This document shows positions 43,306 through 52,656 of a stretch of 64,000 nucleotides of DNA, piece by piece. Position 1 is the first letter of the stretch; every line of letters begins with the position of its first letter. The position numbers and the translations under genes are program-made. The stretch spans positions 96,001-160,000 of the forward strand of contig JBMOMC010000001.1 in NCBI GenBank assembly GCA_049325335.1, written 5' to 3'. Source of the stretch: Nitrospirota bacterium. Its GTDB lineage: Bacteria; Nitrospirota; Nitrospiria; 2-01-FULL-66-17. The notes under the pieces were generated by a model, which did no database searches, had not been told where the DNA came from, and was given only the letters and a program-made list of their open reading frames with translations.

Positions 43306-44619
43306 TTAAAAGAACGCCTGAAATCTCACCCCGTATACCACGATCGGGTCGATCGATTGATCGCCGCCCGCGTTCGTCACGTATTGCACGTCGGGCGACA
43401 GGGCCGCGCCGATCCGCTCGCCGTCCCCGGATAACACATACCTGTAGTAGGCCTCAAGATACCCCTCGTTCGCGGCGAACTCCGGACTGCCCAGCGAGGT
43501 CTGAGCCGCCGCGTAGGGATCCCCGATCATGGTCAGGCCGTATGCCATACCGAACGCATCGAACGGCCGGTTGACGAGCCCCCCGCCGACCTCCACGCCC
43601 AGCGAGGCCGCGCGGTCAAAGTGCGCCACCTGGTCGTCCTGTGCGCCATAACGCCCCCAGATGCCGAGATGATCGGTCAACGCTTGATCAAAATTCAGTC
43701 CGACGCCGCGATTTCTCCGGTCCGGAACGAGCGAAAACGCCGGATCGTGGTGGCGATGGTTCTCCCATACGAAAAACCGGTACGTGCCTTCTCGTCCAAA
43801 TGGATCAAGATCTAAATCGATCTCCGCCATGGACCACGGCCGCGTGAACATCTCCTGATAATCCCCGTCACCCTCCATCACGCCAAGGATCAGGGTCAGC
43901 GGCTCGATCGGCCGGAGTTCGAACACGCCCCCGAACCCGTAGAAGTTGCCGGTTCCGCCGAATTCGAGCACAGCGCTCGTTCCGAAGCTCGGCGCGATGA
44001 ACTGCGTCCGCTCGCTATTGGCGTAGGCATTGGTGTCAAAAAACGCGGTGGGGTCGTATTGGCCGACCGTCACCTCCACTCGCTTATCAAGCCAGTGGTG
44101 GTGATAATACGCCTGATCCAGATGAACCGTGGTCTGCCCATCGTCGAACGTCTCGATGTCGTTGTTTGGACCGGTCGGATTGCCATTCGGCGCGGTGAAC
44201 ACCGGGAAGGACTGAAATCCATGCCCCTGGGCCACATCCAGGTGCAACAGCACCAACCCGGCGTCGCTCACCTTGTGTTCGAAAAACAGATCCACCGACA
44301 TGGTGCCTTCTGATTGCGAGCCCCCGGCGAGCGACGGCGTTGTTTGCCCGATCATTGTAATATCGCCGTCGAGCGTCGTCTTCGCAAGAGAATGGAGCGG
44401 GTGCGGCCGGTGCTTGTGACCATCTTCGTCGACCACGGACTCGCCCGGATCGCGATCCCGGTCCTCGAGCGCCTGTAGGCGCGCTTTCAATTCTTCCAAT
44501 TCCTCCCGAACATCGGCCGCGTCCGTTTCGCCCGCGGCACGCGATGGGCTCGGACCCAGCAGCACTCCCGCGATCATGATCCCTGCCCCCAACATGCCTA
44601 AAACCACCCTCCCCGACAT
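43306..44619 (-). CDS. OprB-like porin with His-rich N-terminal segment
   Basis: signal peptide, coiled coil, GHKHRPHPLH, FFDTNAYANSERTQF, EAYYRY, SPDVQY; terminal Phe. Confidence 0.8.
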   Translation of the reverse strand: MSGRVVLGMLGAGIMIAGVLLGPSPSRAAGETDAADVREELEELKARLQALEDRDRDPGESVVDEDGHKHRPHPLHSLAKTTLDGDITMIGQTTPSLAGGSQSEGTMSVDLFFEHKVSDAGLVLLHLDVAQGHGFQSFPVFTAPNGNPTGPNNDIETFDDGQTTVHLDQAYYHHHWLDKRVEVTVGQYDPTAFFDTNAYANSERTQFIAPSFGTSAVLEFGGTGNFYGFGGVFELRPIEPLTLILGVMEGDGDYQEMFTRPWSMAEIDLDLDPFGREGTYRFFVWENHRHHDPAFSLVPDRRNRGVGLNFDQALTDHLGIWGRYGAQDDQVAHFDRAASLGVEVGGGLVNRPFDAFGMAYGLTMIGDPYAAAQTSLGSPEFAANEGYLEAYYRYVLSGDGERIGAALSPDVQYVTNAGGDQSIDPIVVYGVRFQAFF

Positions 44620-44652
44620 GGTGCCCCCCAGTATCGATTGTGATTCTATGAA

Positions 44653-44679
44653 GTGTTACGAACTTAACAAACATAACAC
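44653..44679. promoter_or_regulatory. candidate NikR operator
   Basis: GTGTTA-N15-TAACAC inverted repeat in the AT-rich gap between nikR and the porin. Confidence 0.6.
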
Positions 44680-44790
44680 ATACTATATTTCGTGTCACTA
44701 TATAATTTTTTCGTGCTATCTCTTCGGAAGAAAACTACGTATAGATATTAAGGACTTAGGAATGTTGTTGGTGCGTTACAGCGACTAGGC

Positions 44791-45225
44791 TTACAGGTCT
44801 TTTCCCGTGGTCGTCATCGTAAACTTGCCGTGTTTGACGCCCTTGGTTCCGATCAGGCGATCGGCCACGTGTTTGACGTCTCGGCCACGGCCCTGGACGA
44901 CCAAAACCTCGAGGCAGTTGTGCTCGTCAAGATGGATGTGGAGGGTGGAGCGAAAGAGTTTCTGGTATTGGTGCTGAAGATCGGTCAGCGTGTCCGACAG
45001 CTCACGGACTTCGTGGTCATAGACAATAGTCACGGTGCCGATGATCTCGCGGTTCTCGTCCCATTCCTGCTCAACGAGCGCGTCGCGGATCAGATCACGG
45101 AGCGCTTCGGACCGGTTGGTATACCCCTTTTGTTCGATGACCCGGTCGAACCGGGTGAGCAGGTTCGCTTCGATCGAGACCCCGAAGCGTTGCAGTTGCC
45201 CGCCGTGCTCGGCGCTCTCATGCAC
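44791..45225 (-). CDS. nikR: nickel-responsive regulator NikR
   Basis: [38 protein letters not shown] and KGVKHGK motifs. Confidence 0.96.
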   Translation of the reverse strand: MHESAEHGGQLQRFGVSIEANLLTRFDRVIEQKGYTNRSEALRDLIRDALVEQEWDENREIIGTVTIVYDHEVRELSDTLTDLQHQYQKLFRSTLHIHLDEHNCLEVLVVQGRGRDVKHVADRLIGTKGVKHGKFTMTTTGKDL

Positions 45226-45238
45226 GGGAGCGGTCCCT

Positions 45239-45418
45239 AACCCGGGTTATTCATGAAGGTTCGTCGCGAACCCGCGCAGACGCCAGCGAACCGGGCGCTC
45301 GGAGCCGCGAAGGAGGGAGGAGTACTCTCTGCGGTACGCTGACCGACTGAGCGGCGAGACCGCCCGGTTCGCTGGCGTCTGCGCGGGTGCAGTAGAAGCG
45401 TCATGAATAATCCGGGTT
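45239..45418. repeat. 180-bp palindromic element family B (MITE-like)
   Basis: 18-bp terminal IR with 17/18 match (AACCCGGGTTATTCATGA / TCATGAATAATCCGGGTT); perfect internal 28-bp IR 45270-45297 / 45361-45388. Confidence 0.85.
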
Positions 45419-45420
45419 TA

Positions 45421-46413
45421 TCATGCGTCGGATTTGAGGTCCCCTTCGCCCTTGAGGTACTTGCGAAAGCGCGTCATCAGTTCCTCCCCTAGAACCCCGA
45501 CGTGGGGTTTCTTGGTCATGTACGCGCGGATCTCATCTAACCGACTGTCGGCCTGTTCGTTGCCCTGGAGGCGTTTGACCTCTTGTTTGGCCTTATCGAA
45601 GGCATCGAACGTCAGCTCGGTGTATCCCAACTTGCGAATCCGCATGACGGCCTTCATCATGGCCTCGTTGCGGAATTTGGTGAGCAGGTCGGACGTAATC
45701 ACCCCGGCGCCCGCCTTGCGCGCCCGCCGCTCCGCGGCTTTTTTGATCCCGCTACGCACAAAATCGGGCGACGTCTGTAACCGCGCCCAGGCCTCTTCGC
45801 TCCAGCGCACGTCGGATTGCGGCGTCTCCCACACCCGGGTCAACGCCTCCTCGGTCATCTCCGTCACGCCCAACGTGCGCGCCAAGTCCTCGGCATCGGC
45901 TTTGAGCATCTGGATCACGAACTCGGTGGCCATGGGCGGCGTGCCCTCCACCTTCTTGGCCAGCTTGGCCAATGCGCCCTCGGTCCACGACAGGGCCGAC
46001 TGCGGGTCGGCATCCTGGCCTACCCCCAGTTGCTCGACCTTTTCGAGCAGCTCGACGTTGACTTCCATGTGACCGCGCTCGCGCGCCACGTCTTCCGCGA
46101 TCCGACGGACCATGTCCTGCATGAAAGCCGGCGCAGTGGCCAATCGTTGTTTCGCGGCCTGTGTCCAGGGTAACTGCCCCTTGGCGATCTGATCCGCCGC
46201 CTCCTTGAGCCCGGCCTCGCCACCCATCCCGCCCATGGACGCATTTTTCCACTCCGCAAGCTGCTCGGCGGTGATCACCCCAATACCCAATTCTCGTGCT
46301 TTTTTCTCCGCGAGCTTCTTGACCATGCCGCGTAGGAAGATTGGCGCACGTTGGAGGCTCTCCAGCCCGGATTCGCTCCAACGGATTTCTGATACGGGGG
46401 GCGTCACAGACAT
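45421..46413 (-). CDS. protein with four PCP_red-like modules
   Basis: WSESGLESLQRAPIF, WTQAAKQRLATAPAF, WTEGALAKL and WSEEAWARLQTSPDFVR; GAGGGA RBS. Confidence 0.8.
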   Translation of the reverse strand: MSVTPPVSEIRWSESGLESLQRAPIFLRGMVKKLAEKKARELGIGVITAEQLAEWKNASMGGMGGEAGLKEAADQIAKGQLPWTQAAKQRLATAPAFMQDMVRRIAEDVARERGHMEVNVELLEKVEQLGVGQDADPQSALSWTEGALAKLAKKVEGTPPMATEFVIQMLKADAEDLARTLGVTEMTEEALTRVWETPQSDVRWSEEAWARLQTSPDFVRSGIKKAAERRARKAGAGVITSDLLTKFRNEAMMKAVMRIRKLGYTELTFDAFDKAKQEVKRLQGNEQADSRLDEIRAYMTKKPHVGVLGEELMTRFRKYLKGEGDLKSDA

Positions 46414-46426
46414 AATCCCTCGAGCG

Positions 46427-47188
46427 TTACGGCCGTGCGGCTCGCGGACCGAATACCGCACGGGTCAGTCCGTCCCAGAACAATGAGCGCCACGCCAGCG
46501 ATTTCATCGCGCCGTTCCGAATCATGGTACGCCCTTCCGCGGTGTCCGCGTGGCGGGCAATCAATTGGTTGAACACCTCGGCATGCTCCACGTCTTCCTC
46601 TACGTGCAGCGTGAAGTACTCGATCTGTTGGTCGGTCAACGAGGTATTACGGCGAATGCCCACGATCAGCGACTTGAACATGGTGGGAATCGAAAACTCA
46701 TGACCCGGACCCACCGCGCCGAGCCCCACGCGAAAGTCCTGGTCCCGCGTCAACGCTAAGTGGCCCCTGATGTACGCATCGGTCTCAGGCAACGGCCGCG
46801 TCCGCCCCCACTCCTCGTCGCGCACGCCCATCGCGGCCAGAAAGTCCCGATACAAATGGACATGGCTGCGAAAGATCGTGGCCTGGCCCACCGACGCGTC
46901 GCGTCCACTCACCGCCCCGAATTCATCGTCAAACACGTGCCGGAACAACTCCGCGGCGTCATGGTCAGGAATCTTGGGCAGCAAGTTGGTCATGTAGGTG
47001 GTGAACACCCGGACCAACTGATAGTGCTGAAGCCCGAACGCCTTGACCTGCTCTATCGAAAGCGGCTCAGACGCAAAGCGCGCGAGGAACGGATGATTAA
47101 CGGCTTCGTGCGCGAGAATCTCGGCTTCCAGCGACTTGATGAAGTTGGTTGCGTCGACAGACGGTTTACCCGACGAAACGATGCCCAT
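46427..47188 (-). CDS. heme-oxygenase-like diiron redox enzyme (CADD/PqqC/TenA superfamily)
   Basis: NHPFL, DDEFG..HVHLY, GHEF and YFTLHVEEDVEH ligand pattern. Confidence 0.82.
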   Translation of the reverse strand: MGIVSSGKPSVDATNFIKSLEAEILAHEAVNHPFLARFASEPLSIEQVKAFGLQHYQLVRVFTTYMTNLLPKIPDHDAAELFRHVFDDEFGAVSGRDASVGQATIFRSHVHLYRDFLAAMGVRDEEWGRTRPLPETDAYIRGHLALTRDQDFRVGLGAVGPGHEFSIPTMFKSLIVGIRRNTSLTDQQIEYFTLHVEEDVEHAEVFNQLIARHADTAEGRTMIRNGAMKSLAWRSLFWDGLTRAVFGPRAARP

Positions 47189-47245
47189 TGAGGATGAACC
47201 TAGATTGCTCTTGTCTTCTCTTTAAAACCAAGCGCTACGCGCTTG

Positions 47246-47363
47246 GAGCCCGTTAAGGTTGGTCGCAAGGCGGAGCGAGCGCCCGCACCGCAGCGTACTG
47301 GGTCGTACATGAGGAGTTGATGCGCAGCGGCAACGCCGCAGATGGCCGCTCATGGACGGGCTC
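47246..47363. repeat. palindromic intergenic repeat family A, copy 3
   Basis: terminal IR GAGCCCGT/ACGGGCTC; shared GCAAGGCGGAG, GCGTACTGGGTCGTAC and CAACGCCGCAGATGG. Confidence 0.82.
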
Positions 47364-48071
47364 TCACCCGCCCATGAATTTGGCGAACGCGGTTTTGGCC
47401 TGCTCCATCACCTCAACTGTCACCTCAGTCCGTCCCGCCTCCCGCGCCATCCGCTCGATCTCTTTCTTCGCCATCGGCCGGATGAAAAACGGAATGTTCT
47501 CCAAACGCTGCTTGGCCTCCGGCGACCACCCGAACTCCTCGCCGCCGGACTTATACCGATCCAGCATCGCCTGAGTGACGAAGGTCTGACCCGTGGACTT
47601 GGCGTAGGCCTCGACTTCCATTTTCACGGTCGGCCGCACGAAGTCCGGAATCTTAGCCAACCGATCCAACGCCTCGGCCGACCACTCCAGTCCGGCGGTC
47701 TCGGTGGACCCCGTGCCCATGCCCATGCCCGCCACCATCGACGAGAAGGGGCAACTCCCGCCGCCGGTCGACTCGGACGTGGCCGGTTGCGCCGTGGCCG
47801 CGCCCGCCGCCGCAACCATCCCCGGCATCGGACACTCGGCCGCGTCCTTTAGCGTACCTCGCGTCAATTCGAACGCCTCCGGCGCCGTGGTGCGCCCGCC
47901 GATCTTCACGCCCAGGGCCTGCACCATCTGCGTTTCACCGGGATTGGTCACCATCGAAAATCGGGCGCTGCACTTGGGACAGAGAAACTCCACCCCCAAC
48001 GACCCTTCGCCAGGCTTCTCGACCTTCTGAAACAACATAAACGCTTCACAATTGAGGCACACGAACTTCAT
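47364..48071 (-). CDS. Zn-ribbon protein with two PCP_red-like modules
   Basis: CLNC..CPKC; ECPM and SCPF; WSAEALDRLAKIPDFVR and WSPEAKQRLENIPFFIR; AGGAG RBS. Confidence 0.8.
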   Translation of the reverse strand: MKFVCLNCEAFMLFQKVEKPGEGSLGVEFLCPKCSARFSMVTNPGETQMVQALGVKIGGRTTAPEAFELTRGTLKDAAECPMPGMVAAAGAATAQPATSESTGGGSCPFSSMVAGMGMGTGSTETAGLEWSAEALDRLAKIPDFVRPTVKMEVEAYAKSTGQTFVTQAMLDRYKSGGEEFGWSPEAKQRLENIPFFIRPMAKKEIERMAREAGRTEVTVEVMEQAKTAFAKFMGG

Positions 48072-48088
48072 TACATCTCTCCTCGCTC

Positions 48089-48111
48089 GGGCGTATGCCA
48101 TCCGCCCCTAC
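48089..48111. repeat. degenerate GTAG-type REP
   Basis: minus strand GTAGGGGCGGATGGCATACGCCC. Confidence 0.6.
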
Positions 48112-48155
48112 AGAACATTGAATACCGGCAAACCCGAAGATTCGTGGACAGGCGC

Positions 48156-49079
48156 CTATAACCGTTCCGCAACGATCTTCCGAAAGCTCAAGCAGTCCAC
48201 GATATGTTGCGCGATCTCGTCGAATCGTACGGCGATCGGATTCCCGGACTCGATCGCCGGGCGGCCGCCGTCACAGCGCGCGCTCAACTCCCGGTCGAAT
48301 GGCACTTTGCCGAGCACGGGCACGTCCAGGTCGGCAGCCATCGCGTCCACGCTGCCGGTAAACAGGTCGTTCTCGTGCCCGCAGCGCTCACAATGGTACC
48401 CGCTCATATTCTCGATGAAACCGATCACCGGGATGCCTACGTCGCGGGCGTAGACCACGGACTTTCTCACCACGTCGGTGGTGACCTCGGACGGCGTCGT
48501 GATAATGACCGCGCCGTCCAACTCAGGGATAAAGTTCGCCAACGCGGGCGGCTTGTCAGCGGCCGCGCCGGGGGGAAGGTCCGCCAGCAACAGGTCCAGT
48601 TCCCCCCACACGATGTCAGCCAGGAATTCGCGGATCACGTTCATCTCCAACATGCCTAGCCACACCGGGCTCAGTTCCATCGAGCCTTTCCAGCGAACCG
48701 GGTTGTGTTCTTCCAGGAAGAAATCCATGGACGCCACGCGAATCCCCAACGGCCCGACTGGAGGAGCCGCGCCATCCGGCGTCATCTCGAACCGCCGGCC
48801 CGACATCCCCAACATCTTGGGCACGCACGGGCCGTTCAAATCCACGTCCACCACGCCCACGCGTTCGCCACGCCGCGCGAACGCCAATGCGAGGTTGACC
48901 GTGGACATGCTCTTTCCCACGCCGCCTTTGCCGCTCATGACCACGATCTTTCGCTTGATCCGGCCCATCCGCGTCTTGACCTGCAGCGTCTGGTCCACGA
49001 TCTGGCGCATGACCTGCGCGTCATCGGGAAATTGCAGTTTATTGAGGATGGTTTTGAGGTCAGATGTGGCCATATTCAT
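48156..49079 (-). CDS. Mrp/NBP35 family P-loop ATPase (Fe-S carrier-like)
   Basis: SGKGGVGKS, DVDLNGP, DLPPG and ENMSGYHCERC motifs. Confidence 0.9.
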   Translation of the reverse strand: MNMATSDLKTILNKLQFPDDAQVMRQIVDQTLQVKTRMGRIKRKIVVMSGKGGVGKSMSTVNLALAFARRGERVGVVDVDLNGPCVPKMLGMSGRRFEMTPDGAAPPVGPLGIRVASMDFFLEEHNPVRWKGSMELSPVWLGMLEMNVIREFLADIVWGELDLLLADLPPGAAADKPPALANFIPELDGAVIITTPSEVTTDVVRKSVVYARDVGIPVIGFIENMSGYHCERCGHENDLFTGSVDAMAADLDVPVLGKVPFDRELSARCDGGRPAIESGNPIAVRFDEIAQHIVDCLSFRKIVAERL

Positions 49080-49185
49080 TCCACGGCGTCTATCATCCGC
49101 GATCGACAGGAGAGATTTCAAGGGCGCACAACCGACGCGCTCCAAGGAATCGACGCGGAATAACAAGAGGCCTACTGCGGCTGAA

Positions 49186-49473
49186 TTACTTGCCTCCGAG
49201 GATGGCGTCCTTCGCGGCCTTGGCCACGCGGAACTTCACCACTCGCTTGGCCGGGATCTTGATCGCGGCGCCGGTTTGCGGGTTGCGTCCCATACGGGCT
49301 TTGCGATTGACCAGCACCAATTTCCCGAGTCCTGGCAGCGTGAACCCGTTACGCGCTTCCTTATAAGCCAGGTTGACCAACACCTCCAAGCCCTTGACCA
49401 CTTCCTTTTTCGGCAGGTCGGTTTTGGTGGCGAGGTGGTCGATAATCTGCGACTTGGTCATTGCTTTTGCCAT
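49186..49473 (-). CDS. HU family DNA-binding protein
   Basis: MTKSQII, LPGLGKL and RKARMGRNPQTG..IPAKRVVKF motifs. Confidence 0.95.
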   Translation of the reverse strand: MAKAMTKSQIIDHLATKTDLPKKEVVKGLEVLVNLAYKEARNGFTLPGLGKLVLVNRKARMGRNPQTGAAIKIPAKRVVKFRVAKAAKDAILGGK

Positions 49474-49621
49474 ACCGGGTACCTCCTTGGGTGATAAGAG
49501 TAGAATCGTTGTCCCGAGCGGCTCCGCGCCGGGTCCAAAGCGCGGCCATCATACCGGAATTCACCGGGAATGGGAAGAGCTATTGCGTCCCACGAGACCC
49601 GGTCTCCGATGAACCGCCTCG

Positions 49622-50344
49622 TTACCCGATCGTGGGCTTCCAAATGACGTACAGCATGACCCACGTCGCGGTACTGGTCAGCAGGGCGAGCACGTACAAC
49701 ACCATGGTGAAGGTGCCGATGGCGCGATGACGCCGCGCGCCGTCCGGATACAGAAACCGGCCCACGGCTTCGGCCGCCAGCACGCCGATCCCCACCAGCA
49801 GCCCGGTCGACATCCAGCCGATGAACTTCCCCACGGTGGGCGTCGTGAACATGATACGGATGCCAAACAACACCAACGGCGTAACGATCGACGCCAGCAA
49901 AATCCACCCGGAAAACGCCAGCCCCGAGCCCTTCGGAGTGCCCACCGTGAGCGTTCGACCCTCCCCTCGTCTGACCGAGGCACGGAAGCCTAGGACGATC
50001 ATGTACACCGCCATCACCAGTCCGATCGTCACCACCAAAATATGGAACGTCAGCAATGGGCCGAATACCGTGTCGTACAATTCCGGCGGACCGCCGAATC
50101 CTTCTTCGCCTTCGAACGCCAGGGCTCCGAGGCCTCGGTTCACGTAGTAGGCCACGAAGTAGGCGATCATCGCCAGCATGGCCCACAGCGTCACCACGTG
50201 GTGCGCCTGTCCCTTGTGCTGCTTCGCCTGGCGCCAGCCCACCAGAAACATGACGGTGAACCCGACGGCCAGCACGAAACTCAAATCCGCGCCCATGGTC
50301 CCATACGGACTCAGAAAGCCAGGACTTTCCAACCATGTTTTCAT
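49622..50344 (-). CDS. DUF420-like membrane protein
   Basis: multiple TMs; HH..LWAM, FGGP..Y, LTFHI and RHRAIG..TM..Y motifs. Confidence 0.7.
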   Translation of the reverse strand: MKTWLESPGFLSPYGTMGADLSFVLAVGFTVMFLVGWRQAKQHKGQAHHVVTLWAMLAMIAYFVAYYVNRGLGALAFEGEEGFGGPPELYDTVFGPLLTFHILVVTIGLVMAVYMIVLGFRASVRRGEGRTLTVGTPKGSGLAFSGWILLASIVTPLVLFGIRIMFTTPTVGKFIGWMSTGLLVGIGVLAAEAVGRFLYPDGARRHRAIGTFTMVLYVLALLTSTATWVMLYVIWKPTIG

Positions 50345-50435
50345 CCGTCGCTCCTTTCCTCGCTTGCGAAGCGCAACGCAGGCGCGCAGTCCGCGCCGAG
50401 GCTGCGAGATGTCTTTGCCCCTCGGGTCCCTTTGT

Positions 50436-51515
50436 CTATCCGAAGGTCAAGGTATACACGTCGAACCCCGGCTCATCGATCCCCAGCGTGATCGTGTGCG
50501 TCCCATACCCCGCGCGATCGTTGATGAGACGATACAGTCGATGGTCGCTCACTTCGACCACGGCGCGTCCCTGTTCGTCGCGCCGCACATCCTCGCCCCA
50601 CACGGCCTCGTCGAGCGGCCGACCGTTTCGCAGGACCTCGAGCGCAACCCGCCGTCCCGGCGCGCCCGCCACCACGTTGACCGCCTTGGCCGTGTAGCGC
50701 AGCGACACGCGGTGCGCATCCCGGCCTACCGAGGTCACTGCTTCCTCCCCGATCGTCCACCGACCGGACAGATAAAAGAGATTCGGTTCCAGCGCGTCCG
50801 GTTCCCGGTACTCGGCCTCCCCGCGCATGCCGCGTAATCCAAGCGGGTTGCCCAAAAACTGTCCGAAATACGTGCCGAAATAAATCTCGGGCGTCGCAAT
50901 GGCCTTGGCGTCAACGGCTTCCGGCGACACCGACGCGTTCCGGGCCGACAGCACGTGGCCCTGCTCCGCCAGCAACGCGCGAATGTGCGATTCCATCAGC
51001 TCGTACCCGCCCTCGCCGATCTGGGTATGCCGGATGTGCCCACCGCGGTCGATCAGATACTTGTGCGGCCAATATTGATTGGCGTACGCGGCCCACGTGC
51101 GTTTCTCGCTGTCGATCGCCACCGGGTACGCAACGCCCAGCCGACGGACTTCCGACTCCACGCGGGCGGGGTCGCGCTCGAACGCGAATTCCGGGCTGTG
51201 AATCCCGATCACCACCAAACCGTCGTCGCGATACCGATCGTACCACGCGTTGAGGTACGGAATGGTCCGCAGGCAATTGATACAGGTGTAGGTCCAGAAA
51301 TCGACGAGCACCACCTTGCCGCGCAAACCCGCGAGCGACAGCGGCTGCGATCCGACCCAGCCCTGGAGCCCGACCAACTCGGGCGCGCCGCTCGACGTCG
51401 AGGACTCGCCCAACAAGGCGATCAGGGCGAACGGCGCCGCGGCAATCCCCAGAATCGCCAGCGTCGCGGGCAGGTATCGAGCGGCGGGATGATTGCGCCA
51501 CGACGGAAGCCCCAT
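50436..51515 (-). CDS. DipZ-like thioredoxin (redoxin) protein
   Basis: LRGKVVLVDFWTYTCINC, HSPEFAFE, NQYWP, GEGGY, TPEIY; C-terminal YTLTFG. Confidence 0.88.
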   Translation of the reverse strand: MGLPSWRNHPAARYLPATLAILGIAAAPFALIALLGESSTSSGAPELVGLQGWVGSQPLSLAGLRGKVVLVDFWTYTCINCLRTIPYLNAWYDRYRDDGLVVIGIHSPEFAFERDPARVESEVRRLGVAYPVAIDSEKRTWAAYANQYWPHKYLIDRGGHIRHTQIGEGGYELMESHIRALLAEQGHVLSARNASVSPEAVDAKAIATPEIYFGTYFGQFLGNPLGLRGMRGEAEYREPDALEPNLFYLSGRWTIGEEAVTSVGRDAHRVSLRYTAKAVNVVAGAPGRRVALEVLRNGRPLDEAVWGEDVRRDEQGRAVVEVSDHRLYRLINDRAGYGTHTITLGIDEPGFDVYTLTFG

Positions 51516-51517
51516 GT

Positions 51518-52096
51518 TCAGCAGGGAATCGGAGGGGTGGCGATCGCCTTCTGGCCGGGCTGAACCGGCTTGGGCTCGTACTGAAAGACCCAACCACGAT
51601 ACGAACCGGCGGAACGAAAGTGCTCGTACTCCACTGGAAAGTTATCGTGTTTGAGCGCCGGCCCCTCGCTGGAGCTCACCACGCCTTTGATACGGTCTCT
51701 ACACGGCACCGCGTGAAACGGCCCGTTCGTGATAGGATCGAGATACCCGGTCCGTAGGTGGCGTTTGGAGTTTCGCGGGTCCTTGAGTAAGTCCTCCACC
51801 CGCAGGGGGTACTGCCGCGCGCCGGGCACCGACTCCACATAGCTCGCAATCGCGCGACGGTATTGATGGCCGCGAAACAACAGTTCGGCTTCGCGCTCGC
51901 GCTGCATCATGGTCTTCCACTGCATATTCGCGCCCATCATGCTCAAGCCGACCAGCACGATGGCAAAGAGCGCAAAAAGATAGGAAAACCCGGACTGCGC
52001 CGAGGGCGCTACCGATAAACGGCCCTGTCTTCTCGGGTGACGAAACACCCCCTGATTGTAGTAGGACCCAGGAATCTTATACGTCCCATAAGACAT
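51518..52096 (-). CDS. type II secretion/pilin-like pseudopilin
   Basis: SGFSYL..hydrophobic..QREREAELLFRG..YP..LLKDPR; start uncertain. Confidence 0.75.
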   Translation of the reverse strand: MSYGTYKIPGSYYNQGVFRHPRRQGRLSVAPSAQSGFSYLFALFAIVLVGLSMMGANMQWKTMMQREREAELLFRGHQYRRAIASYVESVPGARQYPLRVEDLLKDPRNSKRHLRTGYLDPITNGPFHAVPCRDRIKGVVSSSEGPALKHDNFPVEYEHFRSAGSYRGWVFQYEPKPVQPGQKAIATPPIPC

Positions 52097-52106
52097 CTTG
52101 AAATTC

Positions 52107-52622
52107 TCACCACTCATTATAGGCCGTGCCGTCGAGCGCCACCAAATCGCTGCCGCTGTGCAGATCAAAAACCCCCGCGGGATTGTCACCATCGCCGACG
52201 TCTTCACGTACCTCAATCCACGTGTCGCTCGTGCCCGTGAACGGATCCATGGGCAACGCGCGCAGGTACTTCTGATCCACCAGCTCCTGGAGCGCCTCCG
52301 GGTAGCGGCCCTGGTCCGCGGCGAACTGATCGAGCACATCCCGCATGACGAACAGACTTTTCTTCAGCGATGTCTCGCGGGCTTTCACAATCTGGCCGCG
52401 ATACGACGGCTCCGCGATAGTGATCAGTATCCCGACGATCGTCATCACGATCATCAGTTCAATCAAGGTAAAACCGGCCTGTCCCGAGGGGACAGCGTGT
52501 AATCCTCCACCTCCTCGCGGTTGGCGAAGCCAACCGCCTTGCGCCGAACACGGACCACTCGCCGGACGTAATCGGGGTCGTGGCCATCTCATCAATTTCC
52601 GGAGGACGGGAGGAAGAGTCAT
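52107..52622 (-). CDS. prepilin-type (GspG-like) pseudopilin
   Basis: GFTLIELMIV N-methylation motif; GRYPEALQELV..YLR..PMDPFT; start uncertain. Confidence 0.85.
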   Translation of the reverse strand: MTLPPVLRKLMRWPRPRLRPASGPCSAQGGWLRQPRGGGGLHAVPSGQAGFTLIELMIVMTIVGILITIAEPSYRGQIVKARETSLKKSLFVMRDVLDQFAADQGRYPEALQELVDQKYLRALPMDPFTGTSDTWIEVREDVGDGDNPAGVFDLHSGSDLVALDGTAYNEW

Positions 52623-52656
52623 GGTGAAACGCTCCTGGACGGAGCGAACCATTGCA

